Of a stretch of 64,000 bases of DNA, positions 9,823 to 18,519 are shown piece after piece; positions within the stretch are counted from its first letter, which is position 1; each line of letters begins with the position of its first letter. Origin of the DNA: Acidimicrobiales bacterium (GTDB lineage Bacteria; Actinomycetota; Acidimicrobiia; Acidimicrobiales; Bin134). Both the position numbers and the translations under genes were made by a program. The notes beneath the pieces are model-generated. The model searched no databases, was not told the DNA's origin, and saw nothing but the letters and a program-made list of their open reading frames with translations. The DNA lies in the NCBI GenBank assembly GCA_965208805.1, contig OZ242355.1, positions 1,584,267-1,648,266 on the forward strand, given 5' to 3'.

Positions 9823-10896
9823 ATGTCCAGAACCATCCGCTCGATTGACCTGTTCGCGGGGGCAGGGGGCTTGTCGCTGGGGTTCGATCTAGCCAACGAC
9901 GAACTCGACAGCATCAGGTTTGAGCCTGTTTTCGCAGTTGAGCACGACCCCGCCGCCGCCTTGACCTACAAGACCAATTTTGGCGTCGGCGTGTACGACG
10001 GCGATATCGAGGGACTTGACCCAATCACTTACCCAGAAGCGGAGATCATCGTCGGAGGCCCTCCCTGTCAGGGATTTTCTCCACTTGGCCGTGACCGGGA
10101 TGACCAGTCACGTGCTGAGTTGAACGCACTCTGGGAGCACTATCTGGCCGCAGTCGAGCAAGTTGAACCGTTGGCCTTTGTTATCGAGAACGTCCCCGAG
10201 TTCCAAAAGTCGGCAGAGTTCGAAGAGCTGCTGAGGCGACTCGGATCTCACCCTCTGCTGCGCGAGTACCGCTATAGCTACGGAGTGCTGAACGCGGTGG
10301 ACTACGGAGTTCCACAAAGCAGGCGAAGGGGCATCTTTGTTGCGGTAAGGGGGAGGGAAGTTCCGTGGCCCCCGTCTCCAACGCATGGGGGTGGTCCAAT
10401 CGGCCAGGAGCCGGCCCGGACGGTGCGGGATGCCATTGGAGATCTACCGCCGAAGCCAACGACGGACCAGCCAGTCATGAGAGACGGGTTTCAGGACCTG
10501 CACATCCGCCGGAATCCTCGCCCCACATCCCTGGAGCGGTACCAAGCAATCCCCGAGGGCGGCAACCGGTTCGACCTCCAGCGAGCTCGACCAGACCTAA
10601 CCCCGGCCTGCTGGGCCAACAAACCGACCGGGACGACGGACGTTATGGGCCGCCTGTGGTGGGATCGGCCCAGCTTTACCATCCGCACCGAGTTCTACAA
10701 GCCCGAAAAAGGCCGCTATCTGCATCCGAGCGAGGACCGCCCTATCACTCATCGTGAAGCCGCTCGGCTCCAGACTTTCCCCGATGCCTTTATTTTCGAA
10801 GGCACCAAAATCGAGATCGCCCGCCAGATCGGCAACGCCGTCCCTCCTTTACTTGGTAAGGCCATCGCCCTCCATCTCGCCAAACTGCTCAGGTAG
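9823..10896 (+). CDS. DNA (cytosine-5)-methyltransferase
   Basis: Motifs DLFAGAGG, GGPPCQGFS, ENV, QSRRR, QIGNAVPP. Confidence 0.95.
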   Translation: MSRTIRSIDLFAGAGGLSLGFDLANDELDSIRFEPVFAVEHDPAAALTYKTNFGVGVYDGDIEGLDPITYPEAEIIVGGPPCQGFSPLGRDRDDQSRAELNALWEHYLAAVEQVEPLAFVIENVPEFQKSAEFEELLRRLGSHPLLREYRYSYGVLNAVDYGVPQSRRRGIFVAVRGREVPWPPSPTHGGGPIGQEPARTVRDAIGDLPPKPTTDQPVMRDGFQDLHIRRNPRPTSLERYQAIPEGGNRFDLQRARPDLTPACWANKPTGTTDVMGRLWWDRPSFTIRTEFYKPEKGRYLHPSEDRPITHREAARLQTFPDAFIFEGTKIEIARQIGNAVPPLLGKAIALHLAKLLR

Positions 10897-10946
10897 GGAC
10901 ACTCAGAGGTTGACCCTCGGCAGACTGGTCTGTAGAACTTCGGCCA

Positions 10947-11843
10947 GTGAGGACGAGACCTGATCCTGAGCTAGACGCAGTTGCCGACGAGTTGATGGAC
11001 ATCCGGGATTTTGAGAGCCGGGTCGCAGTCGTCATTCGTGACACTCTTGACCATCTCTACGACGGCCAACGTACTGGTCGCTACAAGTGGGACCAGCTTC
11101 ACAAGACCGAGAAGACCCACTGCGGAACCTTGGTCGAGATAAATATGCAGCGTGAGTTCCAGTTCGCTGATGGTGACAAGCTCGACTACAGGGTTGCTGG
11201 CGTAGACGTGGACTGCAAGTATTCGCAGCGGCTGGGTGGCTGGATGATCCCGGTGGAAGCCCGTGGCGAACTGTGCATGGTGATCTGGGCTGATGATGGC
11301 AAGTCAGTATGGACGGTGGGACTGGTCAGGGCTCTCAAGGAGATGCTTACCAAGGGAGGAAACAGAGACAGAAAGGCCAGCCTCAGCCAGGAGGGAATGT
11401 CAACAGTTCGCTGGCTCTTCCAAGAAAGTGAACTCCCACCAAACGTCTTGCTCCAGATCCCGCAAGCTGAAGTCGACGACATCATGGAGCCGAAGTCTGG
11501 GGCTGAGAGAATCCGACGCCTGTTCCGTGCCGTGCAAGGCAGGCGGATAGGACGTGGCGTCGTAGCCACCGTCGCTCAACAAGCCGACTACATGAAGCGA
11601 ATCCGCGGCAACGGCGGTGCCCGCAGTACACTACGCGAGGAAGGCATCATCATCCTCGGCCAGTACGAAGCCCACCGCGAGATCGCCCGCCAACTGGGTC
11701 TCCCTATTCCCGGCAAAGGCGAATCAGTCAGCGCCCGAGTGGTTTCCGGCACTGAGGACGATTCCGTTGCCTTCTACTTGGAAGAAGCTTGGTGGCGCCT
11801 CGCCGTTGTCGGGGATCCCATGGAGCAGGCCCCCACAATTTAG
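10947..11843 (+). CDS. NaeI-family type II restriction endonuclease
   Basis: YDGQRTGRY.W.QL.KTEKTHCGTLVEIN, DY...DVDCKYS..WMIP.EA, NRDRK, LPPNVLL, DYMKRIR.NGGAR; adjacent to the C5 MTase. Confidence 0.85.
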   Translation: MRTRPDPELDAVADELMDIRDFESRVAVVIRDTLDHLYDGQRTGRYKWDQLHKTEKTHCGTLVEINMQREFQFADGDKLDYRVAGVDVDCKYSQRLGGWMIPVEARGELCMVIWADDGKSVWTVGLVRALKEMLTKGGNRDRKASLSQEGMSTVRWLFQESELPPNVLLQIPQAEVDDIMEPKSGAERIRRLFRAVQGRRIGRGVVATVAQQADYMKRIRGNGGARSTLREEGIIILGQYEAHREIARQLGLPIPGKGESVSARVVSGTEDDSVAFYLEEAWWRLAVVGDPMEQAPTI

Positions 11844-12020
11844 GCTCGGTGAGCAAGGCAGCACCTGGGAAAATGAGGTGGAATCTTAGCTGTATTGCAT
11901 TCGGTAGGTATGCCTGTTGTAGCACCCGAGCCGGATTAGGCTCTGATTGCCAAACTACACGGGATGATGGATTTTGGTTGGTTCTACATTACAAATCAAT
12001 GCGCCGGAAGAGAGAGGCAT

Positions 12021-12857
12021 ATGAAAACGGCGGTATCAAGTGATAAGACAAGGTTGGAACGCGATTTCCTCAATGTAGCGTTGATGACTGAGCAGGCGGA
12101 CCATGCAGTGCAAGCTGTGAGGTTCATCGAGAAGTCCGGTGTTGACCTGACCGGTCTGAAGGATCGTATAGATGATGCCGTTGAGGTCTTGGGGGTCATT
12201 GGCAAATCCGGTGTTGACCTGTCCGGTCTGGCTAAGCAGATTGACCGTGCCAGTCGTGCCGCATTGGAGCCGCTGCGTGCTGCTGCTGCGCTGAGGGTGA
12301 CCAGGGCCTTCGATATGTCCGGCATAGCTGATCAACTCTGCAGTGCCCGCAATGTTGCCTTGAAGCCGCTGAGCGATGCCATGGTGTTGACGATACCCAA
12401 ACTGAGTTTTCTGGAGAATCACGCGGAACAGATAAGGCCAGTGTTAGAGGCTTTGGCAGCAGTGGGCGAGCAGATGAGGCCACTAGCCCCGAGCCTGTTG
12501 GGCCAGCAGGCGCTATCTTCAGAGTTCTCAAGCCGTTGGCTGGACCACTTTGAAGCCGCCGACGTCCTTGATCATGAGCCTGCAAGATCAAGCGATCATC
12601 AGGTCGTACCGGCAGATTCTGCAATTGAATGGCCAAAGGAACTGCACCAGGCGTTAGCGACCTTTTTCCTTATCCTCATGGCTATAGCAGTAGTTGCTGC
12701 TTGTGGTGCAAGGACCGAGATAGCCGCAGTAGATGGATTCATGGTTGCTGCTCAGATTCTGTTTTATGGCATTCCATATGCGGTTCTGAAGAATCCCCTG
12801 CTCAGCTCCATTTGGTTTTGGGTTCCGATCTACTGGTTCGTGCGACGGAGAGAGTAG
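12021..12857 (+). CDS. Hypothetical protein with N-terminal helical repeats and C-terminal TM segments
   Basis: 278-aa ORF with SD-like GAGAGG; KSGVDLxGL repeat at 24-aa period; hydrophobic C-terminus. Confidence 0.6.
   Translation: MKTAVSSDKTRLERDFLNVALMTEQADHAVQAVRFIEKSGVDLTGLKDRIDDAVEVLGVIGKSGVDLSGLAKQIDRASRAALEPLRAAAALRVTRAFDMSGIADQLCSARNVALKPLSDAMVLTIPKLSFLENHAEQIRPVLEALAAVGEQMRPLAPSLLGQQALSSEFSSRWLDHFEAADVLDHEPARSSDHQVVPADSAIEWPKELHQALATFFLILMAIAVVAACGARTEIAAVDGFMVAAQILFYGIPYAVLKNPLLSSIWFWVPIYWFVRRRE
12135..12230 (+). repeat. Intragenic direct repeat TCCGGTGTTGACCTG(A/T)CCGGTCTG x2, period 72 nt
   Basis: Copies at 12135-12158 and 12207-12230. Confidence 0.85.
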
Positions 12858-13229
12858 CTTCGCCACATAACCACCTGCTACGGATTCGCTCCACGGTCCA
12901 TCGGCGGCAATGGGCTTCTGGTGGCGTCGCATCACAAGCCGTGGGCAGCTTGTGATGACCGAGAGCGGGTTGACCGCCTCAACGGTGTGGCCGCCTGTCT
13001 GACACACGATGGAGCTTTCGATTCTGGATTGATTACGGTCAATGGAGGCCTCAGAGTCCACCGAGCACCGAAGCTGGAGGCCAGCAGCCGCGCCGACCCC
13101 GGTGTTGACCAGTACTTTGGACAGGCATTGAAGACCGAGCTGCTCATTTCCAAACAAGGGCAACGACCCGGGGACTCCTATCTCAGCTGGCATCGGGAGA
13201 ATGTCTTCCAAGGCATCCTCCAGTCCTGA
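12858..13229 (+). pseudogene. HNH endonuclease, C-terminal remnant
   Basis: TTCYGF...LLVASHHKPWAAC..ERVDRLNGVAACLTHDGAFDSGLITV; N-terminus missing, CxxC degenerate. Confidence 0.75.
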
Positions 13230-13365
13230 CGGAAGGTGGCGTTCATAGCGGCCTCCCTGTGCCGCCCGTCGGTCAGAGTTGATGCGTGATTGACAATAGA
13301 ATATATTGAAACTATCTCAATAAACTGATAATTTGACATATCCAATGGGACTTCATGGCAAATTA

Positions 13366-13384
13366 TGTACGCACTATGTGTACA
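13366..13384. promoter_or_regulatory. Palindrome TGTACGCA-CTA-TGTGTACA, putative TA operator in an AT-rich promoter region
   Basis: Near-perfect inverted repeat ~50 nt upstream of the antitoxin; TTGACA hexamers at 13290 and 13333. Confidence 0.5.
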
Positions 13385-13435
13385 CAAATTTGCTATGTTG
13401 AGCCTGTGGAACATGCAGATTCTGGGAGGGCAGAG

Positions 13436-13708
13436 GTGAGAACGGTCAACGTGCGACAGTTTCGAGCAGAGTGCCTGCCCATAATCCGGGAGATCGAACA
13501 GGGAGGTGGTGACGTGATCATCACCCGGCACGGTGAGCCAGTTGCTCGGGTCACCGGCTATGTCGGATCGCAGCCAGCCCGCTACTTTGGATGTGAGGCA
13601 GACACGTTGCAAGTCTTTGTTGGCGACCTGGCCGAGGAGTCGGCATTTGCCGATGAAGAATGGGAGATGATCGCTGATCCGGACCGTGTCTTGGACCCAT
13701 CTCAGTAG
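13436..13708 (+). CDS. Phd/YefM-family antitoxin
   Basis: RTVNVRQFRAECLPIIREIE...VIITRHGEPVARV. Confidence 0.85.
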   Translation: MRTVNVRQFRAECLPIIREIEQGGGDVIITRHGEPVARVTGYVGSQPARYFGCEADTLQVFVGDLAEESAFADEEWEMIADPDRVLDPSQ

Positions 13709-13716
13709 GCACAACT

Positions 13717-14133
13717 GTGCTGCTGGTGGACACCCACGTTCTCATCGAGTTCCTACGCGGCGACGCTCGACTCTCCATGCCAATTCAGAACTTGGTCGGC
13801 GAGTCCTTTTCTCAGGGGCGTCTGGCTGTATCGGCAATGTCGATTGTCGAAGCTGTGCGGCTCCACGAGTATGGGAAGATCGGCTTGGGCTTTAGTCCAG
13901 ATGACTGGGTAGCGACCCAAGTTCGTGCTGGTCTGCATGTTGTTCCCGTGGATGCGCGAATCGCCGCTCTAGCTCCACAGCTGCCGAAGAAGGGATTTCA
14001 CACCGATCCCGTTGATCAGCTGATCGCTGCCACTGCTGTCCTTACTGGTCACTTGTTTGTGACGGGGGACCGCCAGATCATCTCATGGGCAGAACAGGCG
14101 AGGCTCATCGAATTTCTGGACGCCCGAACCTGA
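13717..14133 (+). CDS. vapC: PIN-domain toxin VapC
   Basis: LLVDTHVLI, SIVE, HTDPVDQLIAATA, VTGD. Confidence 0.88.
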   Translation: MLLVDTHVLIEFLRGDARLSMPIQNLVGESFSQGRLAVSAMSIVEAVRLHEYGKIGLGFSPDDWVATQVRAGLHVVPVDARIAALAPQLPKKGFHTDPVDQLIAATAVLTGHLFVTGDRQIISWAEQARLIEFLDART

Positions 14134-14145
14134 AGGCCAAAGGAC

Positions 14146-14244
14146 ATGGCCAAGCTCGTTGTCCCTGAACAGGGCGAGCAATCCGGGGATTCCTGCCTGG
14201 CCTGGCATCAGAAGTATGTATTTCAGGGAGTGGTCGCGACCTGA
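14146..14244 (+). pseudogene. Second HNH endonuclease C-terminal tail (32 aa)
   Basis: MAKLVVPEQGEQSGDSCLAWHQKYVFQGVVAT aligns without gaps to the tail of the 12858-13229 remnant (ELLISKQGQRPGDSYLSWHRENVFQGILQS). Confidence 0.65.
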
Positions 14245-14262
14245 CGCTGAGCTCTTGGTGGA

Positions 14263-15117
14263 CTAGGGCGTTTCGACGAGCGCGTCGCAGCCCGCGAGAT
14301 CAGGGTTGGTGGGGGCGAGGCGGCGGATCATTACTTGGATGGCTTCGGGGTTGTTGTCGATGAGGAGGTAGTCGCGGCCGTGTTTGGCCGCGGCTTCGCC
14401 GAGCGTGCCGCTGCCGGCGAAGAAGTCGAGCAAGAGATCGCCTGGTTTGGAGTGGACCTTGACTAGCCGCTCGAGGACGCCGAGGGGCTTCTGGGTGGCG
14501 TAGCCGGTTTTCTCTTTGCCGTTGGGGCTCACGATGGTGTGCCACCAGACGTCGGTGGGGGTCTTGCCTCGGGCTGCCTTCTCTTTGCCGACCAGTCCGG
14601 GGGCCATGTAGGGGATTCGGTCCATTTCCTCGAAGCAGAAGGTGTAGTGGTCAGGGTCCTTGGCGTACCACAGGATGCTGTCGTGCTTGGCCGACCACTT
14701 CTTCTTGGAGCGGGCTCCGTAGTCGTAGGCCCAGATGATCTCGTTCATGAACGAGTCCCGGCCGAAGATCTGATCGAGCAGCACCTTGCAGTAGTGGACC
14801 TCCCGGTAATCGATGTGGAGGAAGAAGCTGCCGGTGTCGGTCAGGATCCGGTGGGCTTCCTCGAATCGGGGGGCAAGAAAGGCCATGTAGTCGTCGAAGG
14901 CGTCGTCGTAGCCCGACTTGCCGAGGCGGATCGTCTGGTAGCGGCGGCCGGCGAAGCCGGTCCGATCGCCGTTGGCCTCGTCGTGCACAGTCTTGATCCG
15001 GTCGCGCTCTTGCCGCTTGCCGGTGTTGAACGGCGGGTCCACATAGATGAGGTCGATACTGGCGTCGGGCAAGCCCTGCAAGGCCGGCAGGTTGTCGCCA
15101 AAGACAATCTTCCCCAT
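14263..15117 (-). CDS. Site-specific DNA methyltransferase, N4/N6 beta class
   Basis: DLIYVDPPF precedes YATQKP and DFFAGSGT. Confidence 0.93.
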   Translation of the reverse strand: MGKIVFGDNLPALQGLPDASIDLIYVDPPFNTGKRQERDRIKTVHDEANGDRTGFAGRRYQTIRLGKSGYDDAFDDYMAFLAPRFEEAHRILTDTGSFFLHIDYREVHYCKVLLDQIFGRDSFMNEIIWAYDYGARSKKKWSAKHDSILWYAKDPDHYTFCFEEMDRIPYMAPGLVGKEKAARGKTPTDVWWHTIVSPNGKEKTGYATQKPLGVLERLVKVHSKPGDLLLDFFAGSGTLGEAAAKHGRDYLLIDNNPEAIQVMIRRLAPTNPDLAGCDALVETP

Positions 15118-15230
15118 TCCGGCCAATCCTAGTGGTCAGGCTGCCAGCTACTGGGTATATTGAAACATATCGAAATAACTCGAATCCACAGTTATTTCCA
15201 CATATCCACAGGAAAGGCGCAGGTACCGGG

Positions 15231-15476
15231 GTGCCGCAGCCCTCTAGGTATCCGTCCCTCAAAGCTGACGAACTGCTTTCCATACTGGTCAAGGCTGGAT
15301 TCAGACAGGAGCGGCGAAGGGGGTCTCATCGGATGCTCAAACACGCCGATGGGCGTTCGTTCACCTTCGCATTTCACAAGGGAGCAACGGTGAGGCCGGC
15401 GATTGTGAGGCACACGCTGGTCAAACACGCGAAGCTCACTGACAACGAGATTGCTAAATTGCTGAAGCAGTACTGA
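15231..15476 (+). CDS. hicA: HicA-family toxin
   Basis: ELLSILVKAGF...RRGSHRMLKHADGR..H. Confidence 0.8.
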   Translation: MPQPSRYPSLKADELLSILVKAGFRQERRRGSHRMLKHADGRSFTFAFHKGATVRPAIVRHTLVKHAKLTDNEIAKLLKQY

Positions 15477-15492
15477 TTTGGAGGGTCAGCAG

Positions 15493-15690
15493 ATGCATGA
15501 GTTCCGGATCCACGTAGAGACCGACAGCGAAGGTTCGAGCTGGTGGTGCGAAGACGACGATGGCTACATCGCCGTGGCTGACACCTTGCCCCAGCTGAAG
15601 TCTCTCATCCACGAATGGGCTGAATTTGAGAGCATCGCGGAATTTACGCTGGTTATGCCGGATGTGCAGGCAGAGGTTGCAGGCTTCTAG
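15493..15690 (+). CDS. Short acidic HicB-like/DUF1902-like antitoxin
   Basis: Directly after hicA; WW.E....Y.AVADTLPQLKSLI resembles the HicB N-domain; no HTH. Confidence 0.6.
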   Translation: MHEFRIHVETDSEGSSWWCEDDDGYIAVADTLPQLKSLIHEWAEFESIAEFTLVMPDVQAEVAGF

Positions 15691-15703
15691 GTGTAGAGCA
15701 GAC

Positions 15704-16528
15704 CTACCAGGGTGCTGGCCTGAAGCGGAGCCCGAGCAAGACAGGGATTTCGTCTTCGAGGCTTGGCGGGATGTAGAAGTCGGTGTGGCGGGTAGGCGTT
15801 TCTTCCAGGGCGCTCTTGGTGACTTCGGTGAAGCCGTCCACCACCAGGCCCGCTTCGAAAGCGAGGTTCAGCTCGTGGGAGATGGACCGATGGAAGTTGA
15901 GCTGAGTTTGGGGTTGGCCGGGCATGCCGACGACTTCTTGGGCCATCGGTGTGAGGTAGTGGGAGATGATGATTCCCTCCCGTTGCTCTCCAGCCCCCAG
16001 CTCTCCATCAACCTTGAATTGCAGGTTGCTGGGGTTCTTGAACACCGGATGCATGGTGACCACCACTGCCACGCCGCGAGGCTTCAAGCAGTGGACGATG
16101 GCGGCGAAGAGATCTTCGCTGACCGGGATGTCCATGAGCGCCATCGTGCAGGTCACAAAGTCGAATGAGCTCGCCTCGACATGCTCGGCAACGTCGGCCA
16201 GCGGGAAGCAGAGCCAGTCCACTTCAGCGCTTCCGTCGTACTGCTCGGTAAGGGAGAGGAAGGTCTCGGACTGGTCGGCTCCGGTGATTTGGGCCCCGAG
16301 ATCGACGAGTTGGCGGGCCAGGACGCCGCTTCCGCAGCAGAGGTCGATGCCCCGCTTGCCTTGGACATCGCCCAGCAGCTTCAGGGTGGTTGGCAGCACC
16401 AGGTTCCGGTGCCAGTCGTTGCCGGCATCCCCGTGGCGGCTGTCGTAATGGTGGGCCAATACGTTCCAGTCGTCGATCACCGGCTGGTCATGCTCGACGG
16501 CTTGTTGTTGCTTGTCACCGTTGGGCAT
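15704..16528 (-). CDS. Class I SAM-dependent methyltransferase
   Basis: IDLCCGSG, GADQS, FDFVTCTMALMD, LKPRG. Confidence 0.88.
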   Translation of the reverse strand: MPNGDKQQQAVEHDQPVIDDWNVLAHHYDSRHGDAGNDWHRNLVLPTTLKLLGDVQGKRGIDLCCGSGVLARQLVDLGAQITGADQSETFLSLTEQYDGSAEVDWLCFPLADVAEHVEASSFDFVTCTMALMDIPVSEDLFAAIVHCLKPRGVAVVVTMHPVFKNPSNLQFKVDGELGAGEQREGIIISHYLTPMAQEVVGMPGQPQTQLNFHRSISHELNLAFEAGLVVDGFTEVTKSALEETPTRHTDFYIPPSLEDEIPVLLGLRFRPAPW

Positions 16529-16547
16529 GGGCGAGGGGTTTCCTTGG

Positions 16548-18416
16548 CTAGCGGAGGAGTCGGCGGGCGGTTGCGATCAGGGACGCTAGCTCAGCAGCAT
16601 CCGCGTCGCGGGGCAGGTCGTCGGCTATTGCATCAGCTTGGTATTGCAACTCTCTGGAGATGCGGCTGGGGGCGTAGGGGCTGGCCCGCAGGATCTCGGC
16701 AAACTCAGCGGCGACAGCGGCGAGCCGGAAGTGGGGACTGGTCGCATCGAATGACCGTTCAATGGCAGAACGGGGGAGGTGGGTTGCCAACTCGACGATG
16801 GTGCCGGTAGTTGGTCGCTCATAGCGCATCCGAACCGTCGCGATGGTGCTGCGCTCGTCCCGTGTTCTGCGGGCCAGTTCCACCTCGTAGAGCGCAGTGG
16901 AGCTGTGTCCGATACCGATCTCGCTGGCATCTTGGGTGTCGTCGCGGAATGCCTCGTCCTCGATGTCCCGATTCTCAAAGCCCAGCAGGCGGTAGGAGAC
17001 GACCACATCAGGGTTGAACTCCACCTGCACCTTTGCGTCCCGGGCGGCATAGGCCAGAAGGCCGTCCAAGTCATCGACGAAGACCCTGACTGCTTCGGAG
17101 GCAGTATCGATGTAGTGGTAGGTGCCGTCGGCTCGATTGGCCAACTGCTCCATGAGCTCGTCGTTGAACGGCCCGAGACCCACACCGATGGTGGACAGGC
17201 CGATATCGGCCCGTTCGCCGATCGACTCCAAGATGTCGTCCGTGCGGGTGGCCCCCACATTGGCCACTCCGTCGGACAGCAACAGCACCAGCACTTGGCG
17301 TCCGGCATCGGCTTCGCGCAGGGCCATGTTGTAGCCCCGGACCAGGCCCGACTCGGCGTTGGTGGAGCCACCAGGAGTTACTTCCGAACGAATCGTGTCC
17401 ATGATCCACTTGGCGTTGCCGTCGATCACCGTTGGCTCGAGCACGGTTGCCGACGTGCTCTCGTAGGCGACCACGCCCACTCGAGTCTCCCGAGGCAATC
17501 CCGAGAGCAGGAGCTCCACGGCCCGATGGGCGAGGGTGATCCGTCGCATCGACTCTGATCCGTAGCCGGTCGGCTCGCCCATAGAGCCTGAGCGATCCAT
17601 CACCAGCACCACGCTCTCAGGGCCTTCACCCTGCGACAGGTCCCGCGGCGCCTGAATGCCCACCCTCAGCAGCACATGATCAGGATCGGCGAAAGGAGAA
17701 GGGGACATGTCGAGGTTGACGGTGAACTCATCGCGGACATCCTCGTAGCCCCCGTCGAAATAGTTCACGAACTCCTCGGTTCGCACGGCTTCGATTGGGG
17801 GCAGCTGTCCGCTCTCCAGGAAGTTGCGGGCCACCGTGTAGGACGCGGTGTCCACATCGAGGGCAAAGGTTGAAAGCGGGTCCTCCCAGGGGTCGACAAA
17901 CGGATTGACGCCGTAGTCCTGAAAGTTGTTCGGCTCGCGCAATCGGGAGGGTCTCCAGGCGATGCCGTCGTCTGCCATGGGTTCTTCGGCAGCCGCCGGC
18001 TGCGGCCTTCCGCTGGCTGGAGCCGAGTCCGTCGCGTCCGCGGCCATCGATTCTTCAGCCATCTCGTATTCGGTCATTTCGTCGTCGGCTGGGCCACTGA
18101 GTTCGACCGCAACTTCGCCTTGGTCTTCGTATGATGCCTCGCCCTCAGTCGGAATCACGGTTGCGCGGTCAGCGGGTTCATCCGACATTTCACTCGGAGC
18201 TTCCTCAGGCGCTTCTGGAACCGGCGATGTCCCACCAGAGTTAGGAGCCGAGCTGACTGATGTCGGTGCTGATGCACCTGAGACCCCCAGTGCGGGGCTG
18301 TCGGCACCGCCGTTACTGCTGCATGAGAGGGCCAGAAGTCCCATGGCCACCACCACGGCAACCAACCCGATTCGAAGTGAGTGCCTTTTCTGCTTGGACC
18401 CGGTTGCGGTTGCCAT
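16548..18416 (-). CDS. VWA-domain (YfbK/DUF3520-like) lipoprotein
   Basis: Signal peptide plus LALSC lipobox, acidic linker, STFALDVDTASY, EEFVNYF, MIDAS DRSGSM, LLSDG.AN, YRLLGFENR. Confidence 0.88.
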   Translation of the reverse strand: MATATGSKQKRHSLRIGLVAVVVAMGLLALSCSSNGGADSPALGVSGASAPTSVSSAPNSGGTSPVPEAPEEAPSEMSDEPADRATVIPTEGEASYEDQGEVAVELSGPADDEMTEYEMAEESMAADATDSAPASGRPQPAAAEEPMADDGIAWRPSRLREPNNFQDYGVNPFVDPWEDPLSTFALDVDTASYTVARNFLESGQLPPIEAVRTEEFVNYFDGGYEDVRDEFTVNLDMSPSPFADPDHVLLRVGIQAPRDLSQGEGPESVVLVMDRSGSMGEPTGYGSESMRRITLAHRAVELLLSGLPRETRVGVVAYESTSATVLEPTVIDGNAKWIMDTIRSEVTPGGSTNAESGLVRGYNMALREADAGRQVLVLLLSDGVANVGATRTDDILESIGERADIGLSTIGVGLGPFNDELMEQLANRADGTYHYIDTASEAVRVFVDDLDGLLAYAARDAKVQVEFNPDVVVSYRLLGFENRDIEDEAFRDDTQDASEIGIGHSSTALYEVELARRTRDERSTIATVRMRYERPTTGTIVELATHLPRSAIERSFDATSPHFRLAAVAAEFAEILRASPYAPSRISRELQYQADAIADDLPRDADAAELASLIATARRLLR

Positions 18417-18465
18417 CTGTACCCCCTTGAGCTCGAGTGCCCGCGGCATCTTCTTGGGGGTATCT

Positions 18466-18491
18466 GACGACGCGGCGGCTGCTCTGGTTCC
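18466..18491 (-). promoter_or_regulatory. ECF-type promoter GGAACC-N16-CGTC upstream of the VWA lipoprotein
   Basis: Minus strand GGAACC-agagcagccgccgcgt-CGTC; same elements and spacing upstream of the ECF sigma gene. Confidence 0.6.
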
Positions 18492-18519
18492 CGGGGGATG
18501 GAAATCTCCTGGTCAGCGG

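Noticed and set aside
11844..11889. Possible third HNH tail after the NaeI-like gene (GEQGSTW...)
   Set aside because: Similarity limited to a few bases and needs indels; indistinguishable from chance
12855..12857. In-frame TAG joining the membrane protein to the HNH remnant (pyrrolysine or read-through fusion)
   Set aside because: A 1-in-3 chance of being in frame; the HNH CxxC is degenerate, and there is no Pyl context
15150..15230. oriC
   Set aside because: Only degenerate boxes, no dnaA/dnaN context, region too short
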